In this document: positions 19,019 through 28,891 of the stretch, one piece after another | Position numbering within the stretch: the first letter of the stretch is position 1 | Layout of the letters: each line of letters begins with the position of its first letter | IMG/VR virus record: IMGVR_UViG_3300046171_000106 | Span: 1-63,196 of that record | Reading direction: 5' to 3' (one strand) | DNA: 63,196 bases | From: a virus | Taxonomy: Duplodnaviria > Caudoviricetes | Translations under genes and position numbers: made by a program | Notes under the pieces: model-generated | Seen by the model: only the letters and a program-made list of their open reading frames with translations | What the model was told of the DNA's origin: nothing | Databases searched by the model: none

Positions 19019-20710
19019 TTAAGGCCAAGGTTTATTCAAATCACCATCCCATGTAGATACTGGTCGAGTCGATGGTCTTGTACTTGGTCTAGTAGAAGGT
19101 CTAGTCGATGGTCTATTTGCTGGTCTAGTCAATGTCACTTCATAGTTGGCAGGTCTACTGATAGTCTGTTCAAAGTTAGCAGGTCTATTGTTTTGCAACT
19201 GAGTTGGTCTAGGAATAGTCTGTTCAAATGTTGAAGGTCTACTAATAGTCTGTTCAAAGGTTGCTGGTCTACTAGTTTGATAGTTAGTAGGTCTACTATT
19301 TTGTAACTGAGTTGGTCTAGGTATAGTCACCTCATAGTTAGCAGGTCTATTAATAGTTTGTTCATAGTTGGCAGGTCTGTTAATAGTTTGCTCATAGTTA
19401 GCAGGTCTACTAGTTTGATAGTTAGTAGGTCTAGGTATTGTTTGTTCATAGTTAGCAGGTCTGTTAATAGTTTGCTCATAGTTAGCAGGTCTATTAATGG
19501 TTACCTCATAGTTAGCAGGTCTATTACCTTGAGTTTGGTAATTTTGTGGTCTAGTAGAATGTCCTTGAGTTTGGTAATTCTGTGGTCTAGTTGCATGACC
19601 AGTAGTCTGATAATTTTGTGGTCTAGTTGCATGACCTTGAGTTTGGTAATTCTGTGGTCTAGTTGCATGACCTTGAGACTGGTAAGTAGTAGGTCTACTA
19701 TTCTGTTGTTGATAATTATAAGGTTGCTGAGTATTTATCTGATTTGGAGACCATGGGCCTACTGGTTGGAAAGCTGGTGAAGCTGTACCACCCCAAATCA
19801 TCTGAGCATTAGGAAACTGTTGGTTTGTTGCACCAGCACCAAACTTAGGGTTTGCCGCAGTATGAAAATTCACTTGGTATGTTTGTTGGTTATTAACTGG
19901 TCTAAAACCATGAGCCCCTGTTTGATAATTAGCTGGTCTATGATTCTGAATCTGATAGTTATACTGTTGTGGTCTATGATTCTGTATTTGATAATTATAC
20001 TGAGCAGGTCTATGATTTTGAATCTGATAGTTATACTGTTGTGGTCTATGATTCTGAATCTGATAGTTATACTGTTGTGGTCTATGATTCTGAATCTGAT
20101 AAGTTGTAGGCCTAGGTATTGTTTGTTCGTAAGAAGTAGGTCTTGGTATAGTTACCTCATAACTTGTAGGTCTTGGTATAGTTACCTCATAACTTGATGG
20201 TCTACTATTCTGTACCTGTGTTGGTCTAGGAATAGTTACCTCGTAAGAAGTGGGTCTAGGTATAGTCACTTCGTAAGAAGTAGGTCTAGGAATAGTCTGT
20301 TCAAAGTTAGCAGGTCTAGGAGTTTGGAAATTAGCAGGTCTACTATTCTGTACCTGTGTAGGTCTTGGAATAGTTACTTCATAAGAAGTAGGTCTTGAAA
20401 TAGTTTGTTCAAAGTTAGCAGGTCTTGGAGTTTGAAAAGTAGTAGGTCTAGGTATAGTCACCTCATAAGTTGTAGGTCTACTAATAGTTTGTTCATAGGG
20501 TTGTTGATACCCTTGTTGAAAAGGTTGTTGAAATGGTTGTTGAAATGTCTGTGTAAAAGGTTGTTGCACCTGTATAGTTCCAGTCTGGAATTCCCATCCA
20601 GTTGGAGTCTTTCTTTTTACATCAACTACTTTCTTCCAGCCAGCTGGAGTTTTAACTCTCCATCCATTGGTTTCATTCCACCCAGCTGGGGTTTTTACTT
20701 TTGAACTCAT
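19019..20710 (-). CDS. RP-repeat mirror-symmetric protein, putative fibre-tip adhesin
   Basis: N-terminal 3x KTPxGW; 4/8/10/12-aa repeats, mostly RP-initiated, on either side of a unique 69-aa centre; directly downstream of a fibre ending GDIWITYS. Confidence 0.7.
   Translation of the reverse strand: MSSKVKTPAGWNETNGWRVKTPAGWKKVVDVKRKTPTGWEFQTGTIQVQQPFTQTFQQPFQQPFQQGYQQPYEQTISRPTTYEVTIPRPTTFQTPRPANFEQTISRPTSYEVTIPRPTQVQNSRPANFQTPRPANFEQTIPRPTSYEVTIPRPTSYEVTIPRPTQVQNSRPSSYEVTIPRPTSYEVTIPRPTSYEQTIPRPTTYQIQNHRPQQYNYQIQNHRPQQYNYQIQNHRPAQYNYQIQNHRPQQYNYQIQNHRPANYQTGAHGFRPVNNQQTYQVNFHTAANPKFGAGATNQQFPNAQMIWGGTASPAFQPVGPWSPNQINTQQPYNYQQQNSRPTTYQSQGHATRPQNYQTQGHATRPQNYQTTGHATRPQNYQTQGHSTRPQNYQTQGNRPANYEVTINRPANYEQTINRPANYEQTIPRPTNYQTSRPANYEQTINRPANYEQTINRPANYEVTIPRPTQLQNSRPTNYQTSRPATFEQTISRPSTFEQTIPRPTQLQNNRPANFEQTISRPANYEVTLTRPANRPSTRPSTRPSTRPSTRPVSTWDGDLNKPWP
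19064..20566 (-). repeat. coding tandem repeats of 12/24/30/36 nt
   Basis: Recurring GGTCT anchor (Arg-Pro codons on minus strand); all unit lengths are multiples of 3. Confidence 0.9.
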
Positions 20711-20742
20711 TAATCAATTTCCTCATTCATTATATATGGTTA

Positions 20743-23700
20743 CTATGAGTATGTTATCCAGATATCACCTACTGCTCCATCAGTACCTTGTGGGGCAGAA
20801 CTGTGTATAAATGTATTTCTGAATGCCTTTGCACTAGAACCTATTGTTGTATAACTTGTTGTTGCAGCTCCTGTAACTCCTAGTGTTCCACCTACTGTTT
20901 GGTTACCACTAACTGCAAGTGAACTCAATGTTCCAACACTTGTAATTGCAGATTGAGCTGCACCTGTAACTGTAGCTGCACTTCCAGAGACATTGCCTGT
21001 AACATTACCTTCTATGTTTGCAACTAATGTTCCAGTAGTTACTGTTAAACCACCTGTTGAAGAACCTGTTGCAGTAGTTGTTCCCATAACAAACTTATCT
21101 GCACTCTCGTCCCAACCCATAAATGCATTGTTACCTGTTGAACCTCTTTCAAGTATAAGACCTAAGTCATTACTGTTTGAACCAGTATTACCAGAACCAA
21201 GTTCTATTAATGCATCTTCAATTGTTGTGTTTGTTGAACTGTTTGTTACAGATGAACCATTAACTGTTAGGTTACCAGTAATTACAACATTACCACCAGC
21301 AGTTATATCTGTTGCAGCTATATCTGCAAAGGTTACATCTGAGGATGTTGATACATCCTGTCCAATACTAATTGCAGGCTCCCATCCTTCACCAGCACTA
21401 CCACTTACAGTAACACCAGTTCCACCAGTAACATTGTCTACATAGTTTCCAGATGTTCCAGAACCTAATGCAACTGTTCCTACTGCTAGGTCAATTGTAT
21501 TGTCTGCATCTTGATATGTTACAGTAATACCTGTTTCAGTATTTGAAGTGAACATTGCACCTACTGTGTCGGATACTGCTTCTGCAAAGTCTGATACTTG
21601 AGATGAAGGCATACTAATGTCTACACTAGATGCACTTGTTATTCTACCTTTTGAATCTACTGCTACTTGAGCAACACTATTTGCATCACCATAAGTTGCA
21701 GCTGATACACCAGAGTTTGCAAGTGTGATTGGTAATGCAACATTTCCTGTTCCATCAAATGATTGTGATGAATCTGTAGTTGCATCTCCACTTACTGTAA
21801 AGTTTCTTGACGATGCAAGTGCAGTTGCAGTTGCAGCGTTTCCTGTTGTACTTCCAGAAGTACCACTTACATTACCTGTAATATTTGCAACTAATGTACC
21901 TACAGTATATCCTGTTCCAGATGTATTAACTGTTGTTGAAGGTTCTACTTGTGTATCTGTAAATAATCTAAATGTATTATCTGTTGATGCATCGTAGAAT
22001 AAACCACCATATTTTGTTGTAGATGATTCTACATATTTACCATAGAAACCAAAGTCTGTTGCATTTCCAGAGTTTGCATCTGTTAAACCTGTAAAGTTTG
22101 AATCTGTAACTGTTGAACCAGTGTTAGTTGTTGTACCACTAACTACTAAGTTACCACTAACTGTTAAGTCATTTGCAACTGTAACATCAGCAGGTAATCC
22201 ATATGTAATTGTTCCAGAACTTTCTGTAACATCTACTTCACCACCTGTTCCAGCAAATGTTATTGTTCCACCCAATGAAGTTGCAGTTGAACTACCAGAT
22301 GTAGCAACTGTTATACTTGAATTTGCAAGTTTACTATTTGCAATAGAACCTGCTAACATACTATTTTCTACAGCACCAGATGCTATTGTTAATGCAGTTG
22401 CAGTATTACCTAGATTGGTCATTGTTGCTGAACCAGTCACATCTCCTGTGAAACTAAGTACTGGGTCTGCAACATTAAAGTCTAAAGTACCATCTGAGTC
22501 ATCATATGTTACTGAAATACCACTTTCTGTGTTAGTTGTTACCATTCCACCAACAACATCTTCGACTGATTCTTCAAAGTCTGAGATGGTTGATGCAGTT
22601 GTGTTTATTACTAAATCTATTGTTCCATCACCATCTTCATAAGATGCAGTAATACCTGTTTCAGTATTTGAACTGAACATTGCACCTATTGTATCTTGAA
22701 TAACTTCTGATAAGTCAATGTTTGCACTACCATCAAATGATACACCATGAATTGTTCTTGCAGTTGCTAATGCTGTAGCTGTTGATGCATTACCTGTTAA
22801 TGCACCTGTGAATGATGTTGCTGTAACACCACCTGTTACTGTTACACCACTTGAAGTTGTTTCTAATTTTTTAGAATTATCGTTATATAAATCTACTGCA
22901 CCATCTTTAGTTGCAACAACCATATTCTCAGTACCAGCCATCAATTTAACACTGTCACCATTGGTTTTAAGTATTAAATTTCCATCTGATGTATCTTCAA
23001 TATAACTGTTTGATGCGTCATGGTATAATTCCATATTACCACCACCATCACCAAAGATAATCTTTTTTATCGTCTCCTAATGTAATGTCTTTGAAGAACA
23101 TGTTTTTGGTGCCAGAAATTAACTGTGCATAGTCATTAGCGGTTGAACCACCAGCGATTGCAAGACCACCAATTAATTGAGTGATTTGACCAAATGTAGT
23201 CCCAGCATCTTTTAAGAATACAGTTCCACCATCTGCATCAACTGTAACATTTCCACCAGCATCTAGTGTTAAATCACTAGCATCAGATATTGTAGAACCA
23301 TCAATAGTAATATCATCTACTGTTAATGAGGTAAGAGTACCTAAACTTGTTATTTGAGATTGAGCTGCATCTACTGATAATGAATGTGCAATACCTTCAC
23401 CAGAAGTTGCACCTGTAGAAGTAAGACCTGTTCCTGCTGTTACTGTCCCTACATAATTACCTGTTGTATCATTACCTAATGCAACTGAGTCTGATTGAAT
23501 TGTTGAACTGATTGATATGTTTCCACTTCCATCAAAGGATGCAGAACCAACTACATCTCCAGATATTGCAATTGTTCTTGCAGTTGCAAGTGCAGAAGCT
23601 GTGGATGCATTACCTGTTAATGCACCTTCAACATTTGAAATTAAAGTACCTGTTGTATGACCTGTTCCAGATGTATCGACTACAGTTGTAGGTTCTGTTT

Positions 23701-24997
23701 GGTTTCCATGGAATAATCTAAACTTATCTGATTCAGATGCATCCCATAAAAGTCCTGCGTATTTTGTAGTTGAACCATCAACATACTGACCATAGTAACC
23801 AAAGTCTACTGAATTTGCAGCGTTATCTTTTGCAACTTTAACAGTACTATCTGCTACTGAAAGTGATGTAGATGATACTGTAGTTGTACTACCACTTACA
23901 GTTAAGTTTCCACCTACTGTCATATTACCACTTGTAGAAGCTGTACCACTAACTGTTAAATCACCTGCGACTGTTACATCGTCTGGTAATCCAATTGTTA
24001 CACCTGCGTTTTCTGAACCAGAACCAGATACTTCAATTTCATTTGAAGTTCCAGTTACAGTTGCAACATAGTTTCCTGTTGTGTCTGTTCCTAATGCAAC
24101 ACTATTAGCTGCAATAGTTGTACTGATAGATGTATTTCCTAGGTTCGTCATTGTTGCAGAACCAGTTACATCTCCTGTCAATGAAATTGTAGGGTCATTA
24201 ACATTAAAATCTAAAGTACCATCTGAGTCTTCATATGTGACACTAATACCACTTTCGGTATTAGATGATACCATTCCACCAACAACATCTTGTACTCTTT
24301 CTGTTGTATGGTATTGGTTTGTTCCTTCTGGTACGAATGATGTACTAGATACTGTTCCTACATCTACTCTTGAACCCATACCACTATGATTTGAACAGAA
24401 GTAATATAATGGGTTTGTTGCATCCATAGCTAATGCAACTTCTGTATATGAACCTGCTGAGCCTGGAGTTCCAACTTTGTTGTAAATGGTATATTCACCA
24501 GAACCTATTTCTGAACCATTTGCAGCTGTACCAATTCTTAAAGGATGAGAACTATTACTATTATCTGATTGGTCGAACCTGTATACTACGCCAGGAGAGA
24601 GCTTAGCTACTTGTTGTGTTCCACCATCTAATTGATACTTATTACCACTTTCATTAACTACTGTAACTGTAATCTTATGATAAAATGGTGCAGTTGTGTT
24701 GTTTAGTTGTTGTTCTACTGCAAGGTCGATAGTTCCATCACCATCTTCATAACCTACAGTTATATTTGTTTCAGTGTTGGAACTAAACATAGCTCCCACT
24801 GTGTCTTGAATAAATTCTGCACCTACTGTTGCACTAAAGGTTGCATTACTGTCATTATAACTGAATGATATACCTGTATGTGAACCAGCTGCAAACAGAG
24901 TTGAAATCTGGTCTTGTATTGCCTCAACTGCACCTGTGGAGTCTAGTTCTCCAGATGCATTTAAAAGGTCTGCAAGATATCTTGCTTTTGTTGGCAT
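20743..24997 (-). CDS. long tail fibre protein (frameshift near 23060 splits it into two ORFs)
   Basis: T/S/G-rich; repeated DTVGAMFSSNTETGI and GDVTGSAT modules, GNASTATALATART motif, C-terminal GDIW. Confidence 0.8.
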
Positions 24998-25028
24998 TTT
25001 AAAGTTCTCCTAATTAAATCCTTTATAG

Positions 25029-26339
25029 TTATTTATGTAAATCATCTATTTCGATGAAGTTTTCTCCTGTGATTTGTTCTAATTTACGAATCATCTTTTC
25101 CATATTAACTTTAAACCTTTTACCAGTTTTCACATTTTCTGAATAGTAAATCCATTCACCTTGATTGTTGTGAGGAGAGATTTGGGTAACATTACCTGCT
25201 TCATCTCTTGCAAACAACTCTGCACTACCACTCACATCTTTTGAATATAAAGATGCACGATTAGTGACTCCAGATGGGTCGGATGCAAGTACTTCTAAAT
25301 GCACTGGCCCATCTTGTACATCTACATAAGTAGATGGTTTAAGTACGACTGAATCAGTCCCACTCGAAATTATTTCCTTTCCATTAGTATCTAAATTACC
25401 ACCAAGGAAAGGTACTGTATCTAAGAACAAGTTTACTTCTGGTGTAACAAACCCATAGTCGATAATATCTACAACATAATTTGGGTCTGTAAGTGCTTCT
25501 TCAAAATTAATTTGAGTACCACTACCAGAACTCCATTGTCCTTTTTTAACTAAGACACCATTCACAAATACTTCTGTATACTTGGGAATGACACTTAATG
25601 TTCTATTATTTGCATCTGTTCCACTTATTTGTGAAGTAGAAGCTGCAGTTATATCATATTGAAATCTTGTAAATGGTGCAGAACCAGTATAACTTTTTAT
25701 TATAACTGTGTCATTTACTTGTAGTCCAGCATTGAAAGTTATTGTCGATGCACTTGTTTCAACATAATCTGCACCAGACCTGTTGTCCATAAGAACACCA
25801 TTTAAGAATACTAAAACTTTGCCTGGCGTATATGATAGAGTAACACTATTTTCATCTGAACCAGTTAATACTGTTTGTCCTGCTGTTGCAGTGAATTCGT
25901 AGTTTGATATACCTGTAATTAATCCAGAAGTGACACCAGCTGTCCATGCAACTATTTCTAAGTAGTCAGAAGATTTTGCACCATCATCTAATACAATTGT
26001 TGAACCATTAGTTGCAGTATAATCATCTGGGTCTAAGAATACTCCATTAAGGAATACTGCAACCTGTCCAGAAGTATACGACAAGGAATCACCATTTGCA
26101 TCGGTGCCTGAAAAAGATGTTTGGTTTGCACTACAGTTATAAAGGTAATGTTTCATTGCAGTGATATCAGTAGAAGTATCTGCACCTACCTCAACGATAG
26201 ATTCAGTTCCACCCACACTTTTCTTAATGTATGCTTTACCATCATAGGTGTTCAATGCCAATTCACCTAACGCTAAGTCAGATGTACTTGGAATTGCACC
26301 AGCAGTAGCAGACCTTTTTAATTGGACTGTCTGTGTCAT
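25029..26339 (-). CDS. tail fibre / virion structural protein
   Basis: LKRS....P...L..GELALN..DG N-terminus; repeated T.GQT.F..VFLNGV modules. Confidence 0.7.
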   Translation of the reverse strand: MTQTVQLKRSATAGAIPSTSDLALGELALNTYDGKAYIKKSVGGTESIVEVGADTSTDITAMKHYLYNCSANQTSFSGTDANGDSLSYTSGQVAVFLNGVFLDPDDYTATNGSTIVLDDGAKSSDYLEIVAWTAGVTSGLITGISNYEFTATAGQTVLTGSDENSVTLSYTPGKVLVFLNGVLMDNRSGADYVETSASTITFNAGLQVNDTVIIKSYTGSAPFTRFQYDITAASTSQISGTDANNRTLSVIPKYTEVFVNGVLVKKGQWSSGSGTQINFEEALTDPNYVVDIIDYGFVTPEVNLFLDTVPFLGGNLDTNGKEIISSGTDSVVLKPSTYVDVQDGPVHLEVLASDPSGVTNRASLYSKDVSGSAELFARDEAGNVTQISPHNNQGEWIYYSENVKTGKRFKVNMEKMIRKLEQITGENFIEIDDLHK

Positions 26340-26386
26340 ATGTCACTCACTTTGTCATTAGGGTATATACCCTATACTTTAATCTG

Positions 26387-26794
26387 TTATATAACAGATA
26401 TTTTTTCTAATGTTGCACTCCATGTTGAAGTGTCTACAGTATATTTGATTCTAATCTGGTCATCTGCATAACCTAATCCTACATAACCTAAACAGTCATG
26501 AGGAACTAATCTGATAACTCTTTGTACATTATCAGACCCAGAATCCCACCAATCTGTTGGGGGCTCTTCACCATTAATCCTAAGTCCTAATGATAATTCT
26601 CTACCACCTTCTGAGTTATCTAACTTCAATTTTGCAGTAAGGTTATCATTATCACTTATATAAACTTTACCATCAATAGGAATGTAAAGTTCTTTCATTA
26701 CCTCTTGAGGTATTTCAATATCAATCAGTCTTTGTTCTACAGTTTCATCTACTATACCAGTATTTACTGAAAAGACTTTCCCATTGTAACTCAT
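26387..26794 (-). CDS. hypothetical protein
   Basis: 135-aa ORF with GAGG SD in the fibre region. Confidence 0.6.
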   Translation of the reverse strand: MSYNGKVFSVNTGIVDETVEQRLIDIEIPQEVMKELYIPIDGKVYISDNDNLTAKLKLDNSEGGRELSLGLRINGEEPPTDWWDSGSDNVQRVIRLVPHDCLGYVGLGYADDQIRIKYTVDTSTWSATLEKISVI

Positions 26795-26810
26795 AATTTA
26801 TCCTCTATTC

Positions 26811-28262
26811 TTAATAACTACCACCATCTATTGCAGTAATTGAAACTGCACCAGATGATACTGTAAACTCATTTGAGTTAAAAGATGCAATACCTTTATT
26901 ACTTGCAGTTGCATCTTCGGCTGATAAAGTTATACTACCAGCACCATTGGTTACATCAAGACCTTCTCCAGCAGTAAGAGTTCCTAATTGCATATCTCCA
27001 TTTGAAGTATGACCCATTAGAATCTGTCCATTAGTTGGTGCAGAACCATCTACACTTGTAATTGAACCTGCTAAGTCTAATCCACCAATATCTAAATTAC
27101 CTTTTGTACCAGAAACTATTGCACCAGTATCGGTTGCATCTGGAATAAAAGTAAATTTACCTGTACTATCATCGAATCCGAAGAAACCTAATTTTGCAGA
27201 TGAACCATTATGCCATCTGAACTCCATACCTCTATCTTTGTTATCATCTGAGCTAGGAGCTGAATCTCCACCAACCATAAAGATTGGGTCGTCAACTGTT
27301 ACAGTAGTACTGTTTACAGTTGTTGAAGTTCCATTGATTGTTAAGTTTCCATCTACTGTAAGGTTGTTACCTATAGTTACATTATTTGGTAATCCAACTG
27401 TTATTGTTTGACCACTTGCAGATGTCTCAATCTCGTTTGTTGTACCAGCAATGGTTAATGATTGTGAATCTAAATCGATTGCACCAGTTCCACTGTCACC
27501 AGCAGTATCTAAATCCTGTGCAGTTACATTTGTATCTACATAGTCTTTAACTGCAGCTGATGTTGGAATAGTTGTATCATTATCATTTGAACCAATTCCT
27601 TCACTTTCTATTACTAAGAAAGAATTGTTTAAACTTACTGCACCACTTGATACAGTAAATTGTGAACTGTTAAATGATGCAAGACCTTTATTAGATGTAC
27701 TTGCATCTTCACCAGCTATGGTAATTGTATTATCTGATACTGTTGTATCAATACCTTCACCACCTGTGAATGTTAAGGTCTCACCAGTTGAGAATGAATC
27801 GTTTGACCCACTATCTGCAGCTAATGATAAACTTGATACTACTGTACCAAAACTTAGTTGACCAGAACCATCTGTTCTAAGAAACTGACCACTTGTACCA
27901 TCACCATCTGGTAATGTTAGTGTAGTATCTGAGGTTACTGCATTTGGAGCTTTAAGTGCTACAAAGTTTGTACCATTGTCGGAATCTTCGTATAGTTTTA
28001 CACTACCACCTGTTGAACTTCCATTCCCTACTTTGAAGTCTGCTGGGGTTGGTGTTGAACCATCTAAAATATCTGTATAGTATTTACCACCTAATTTTTG
28101 TATTACTGCTGCTCCACCACTATTCTGTGACTCTACATAAAGGATAGCACCTGCTCCACTATTGGAAGCATCCATTGAATAGGCTAGTTCTCCTTGATTT
28201 AAGTCAGATGTAGTAGGGGCAGAAACACCTGTGCTTCTTTTAATCTGAATTACTGTTGACAT
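26811..28262 (-). CDS. tail fibre / structural protein
   Basis: IQIKRS...P...L..GELAY N-terminus, KGLASF repeats, IDGGSY end. Confidence 0.72.
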   Translation of the reverse strand: MSTVIQIKRSTGVSAPTTSDLNQGELAYSMDASNSGAGAILYVESQNSGGAAVIQKLGGKYYTDILDGSTPTPADFKVGNGSSTGGSVKLYEDSDNGTNFVALKAPNAVTSDTTLTLPDGDGTSGQFLRTDGSGQLSFGTVVSSLSLAADSGSNDSFSTGETLTFTGGEGIDTTVSDNTITIAGEDASTSNKGLASFNSSQFTVSSGAVSLNNSFLVIESEGIGSNDNDTTIPTSAAVKDYVDTNVTAQDLDTAGDSGTGAIDLDSQSLTIAGTTNEIETSASGQTITVGLPNNVTIGNNLTVDGNLTINGTSTTVNSTTVTVDDPIFMVGGDSAPSSDDNKDRGMEFRWHNGSSAKLGFFGFDDSTGKFTFIPDATDTGAIVSGTKGNLDIGGLDLAGSITSVDGSAPTNGQILMGHTSNGDMQLGTLTAGEGLDVTNGAGSITLSAEDATASNKGIASFNSNEFTVSSGAVSITAIDGGSY

Positions 28263-28290
28263 TATTTTCTCCTAATTATATCCTTTAGTA

Positions 28291-28503
28291 TTAGTAAGTT
28301 CCACCATCAATAGTGTTTGCGGCTTCGAACTTTCCTGTACTTGCATCAAATATAAGGGTAGTACCACTTTGTAGGGTTGCTGTGGTTGTATCCACATTGG
28401 CCAAATCATTCATATTAATTGAGGATGCATCTACTTTACCAACAGTAACTTGTTTTACTTGTTTGTTTAGTGGACTTGCAACCTTTACTTTTATAGTTGA
28501 CAT
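28291..28503 (-). CDS. small structural protein
   Basis: L.DV-type motif and IDGGTY end shared with the neighbouring fibre. Confidence 0.6.
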   Translation of the reverse strand: MSTIKVKVASPLNKQVKQVTVGKVDASSINMNDLANVDTTTATLQSGTTLIFDASTGKFEAANTIDGGTY

Positions 28504-28509
28504 TGTTTA

Positions 28510-28846
28510 TTAACTCCTACTTACACTTGGGGTTACAATCAACTGTCCCTCTATCAATCTTGTTTTTATCCCATCACTAGCAGTTTGAATGACATCGTAC
28601 ACATATCTTCCACTTTCTAGTGCGGCTGTTTGAGTATCAGTGAGATTTAAAGTTAAATTTCCACCCTACTCCATCATTTGAGGTATTAAATGTAGCTTTG
28701 ACTGTATTTGAACCATGAGACTTTCTTACTTGACCAAGAAAAGTCGTACTTGCAAGGTTTAAAGCCGAATCAGTGGCATCAGTCAAGGAGACAGTAATAT
28801 TAAAATCACTCCCTTGGTCTACGAATAAATTACTAATACTTGCCAT
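28510..28846 (-). CDS. conserved virion protein (frameshift near 28665)
   Basis: NL.VDQGSDF, then in shifted frame GRYVYDV...TRLIEG...VTPSV; late promoter at 28880-28887. Confidence 0.7.
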
Positions 28847-28891
28847 ATACAATACTACCTTTTGATGTTATCTAAGTAGTATTTATACGAT

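Noticed and set aside
19064-20566. Repeat array as a CRISPR array or DGR template/variable repeats
   Set aside because: Units are in-frame, degenerate at synonymous positions and lack unique spacers; no cas or reverse transcriptase gene; no adenine-specific mismatch pattern noticed
19019-20710. Repeat protein as a multi-core RiPP precursor
   Set aside because: The mirror order and type complementarity of units, the Trp docking head and the position after a fibre favour a structural filament; no peptidase or transporter nearby. Not fully excluded.
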